Origin: Candidatus Evtepia excrementipullorum
Lineage (GTDB): Bacteria > Bacillota > Clostridia > Oscillospirales > Oscillospiraceae
Assembly (NCBI GenBank): GCA_019118615.1
Contig: DWYQ01000133.1
Span: 1 to 59,094 of the forward strand
Reading direction: 5' to 3'
DNA: 59,094 nt
The notes under the pieces were generated by a model. It made no database searches. It was given only the letters and a program-made list of their open reading frames with translations, and had not been told where the DNA came from. Position 1 is the first letter of the stretch. The number at the start of each line of letters is the position of its first letter. The translations under genes were made by a program, and so were the position numbers. Shown in pieces: positions 58,242 through 59,094 of this stretch.

Positions 58242-59094
58242 TCATTCCTTTCCGCTCCAGCAGTAGGTGCAAACCTTACAGGGCTCCAGGCCGATGGCCT
58301 CGATGAGCTTGTCCAGAGACTGATACTCCAGGGAGGTGAAATGGAGCTTTTCACAGATGGTCTCCCGGAGCTTCTTCCCCCGCTCGGTATTGGGGTCGCT
58401 GTACTCCTCCAGGTGCTGGTCGCCTGCCTCCCCTTCCAGTTCGTAGATGGTACGGCGGGCGATGAGCTCCATGGGCGAACGGCTGGTGGAGAAGTTCAAG
58501 AACTTACAGCCATACATAATGGGGGGGCAGGCAGAACGGATGTGGACCTCCTTGGCGCCGTTGGCGTAGAGGAACTCCACCGTCTCCCGCAGCTGGGTGC
58601 CCCGGACGATGCTGTCATCCACAAAGAGGAGCTTTTTGCCCTCGATGAGCTCGTGGACGGGGATCTGCTTCATTTTAGCCACCCGATCCCGCTCCTTCTG
58701 GTTGGTGGGCATGAAGCTGCGGGGCCAGGTGGGGGTGTACTTGATAAATGGGCGGGCAAAGGGGATGCCGCTCTCGTTGGCATAGCCGATGGCGTGGGGA
58801 GTACCGGAATCCGGAACGCCGCTGACATAGTCAATGTCCTGGGCGGAACCGTTTTCCTTGTCGGTCTTGGCCAACAGGGCGCCGTTGCGGTTGCGCATGA
58901 CCTCCACGTTGATCCCCTCATAGTTGGAGTTGGGATAGCCGTAATAGGTCCACAGGAAGGCGCACACCCGCATCTCCTTCTCCGGAGGCAGGAGGGTCTC
59001 CCACCCGGACTCGGTGATCTTTACCACCTCTGCCGGACCCAGCTCGTAGGCGTCGTGGTAGCCCATCTTCTGGTAGGCGAAGGACTCAAAAGCC
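58242..59094 (-). CDS. purF: Amidophosphoribosyltransferase (5' part outside the window)
   Basis: [20 protein letters not shown] loop, C-terminal CTYC Fe-S ligands. Confidence 0.95.
   Translation of the reverse strand, partial: AFESFAYQKMGYHDAYELGPAEVVKITESGWETLLPPEKEMRVCAFLWTYYGYPNSNYEGINVEVMRNRNGALLAKTDKENGSAQDIDYVSGVPDSGTPHAIGYANESGIPFARPFIKYTPTWPRSFMPTNQKERDRVAKMKQIPVHELIEGKKLLFVDDSIVRGTQLRETVEFLYANGAKEVHIRSACPPIMYGCKFLNFSTSRSPMELIARRTIYELEGEAGDQHLEEYSDPNTERGKKLRETICEKLHFTSLEYQSLDKLIEAIGLEPCKVCTYCWSGKE

Noticed and set aside
1-59094. Defence system, prophage, IS element, tRNA/rRNA, or Sec/Pyl read-through
   Set aside because: No integrase, transposase, nuclease, cas or phage structural genes were recognised. 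The identified CDSs reach their expected C-termini without in-frame stops, and the terminator hairpins are unrelated in sequence, so they are not a REP family.

Overview
A GC-rich, gene-dense chromosomal segment of an anaerobic Clostridia-class Firmicute (Oscillospiraceae-like; inferred from gene content, promoters and RBSs). It is mostly core genome: purF(partial)-purM-purN-IMP cyclohydrolase-purH-purD-purL-guaB-fhs, ackA/tmcAL, ACT regulator-hom-ask, etfB-etfA-acyl-CoA dehydrogenase, glnS, an osmoprotectant ABC transporter, PBP1A, M23 and SLH-GH25 wall hydrolases, an ECF sigma/anti-sigma pair, NfeD-SPFH, ferritin, a radical SAM enzyme, a P-type ATPase and a 6S RNA. I found no CRISPR array, prophage, intact IS or defence island. 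Best leads: (1) an intact hexokinase-fold gene whose catalytic, ATP- and glucose-binding motifs all appear replaced (candidate pseudo-enzyme); (2) a perfect 17-bp inverted repeat holding a promoter -10 box in its 9-nt loop; (3) a decayed ICE-type XRE regulator at the left edge with an apparent microhomology deletion; (4) an orphan radical SAM/SPASM gene with tandem promoters; (5) several candidate cis-regulatory elements. Family calls come from motif recognition by eye, not database searches.
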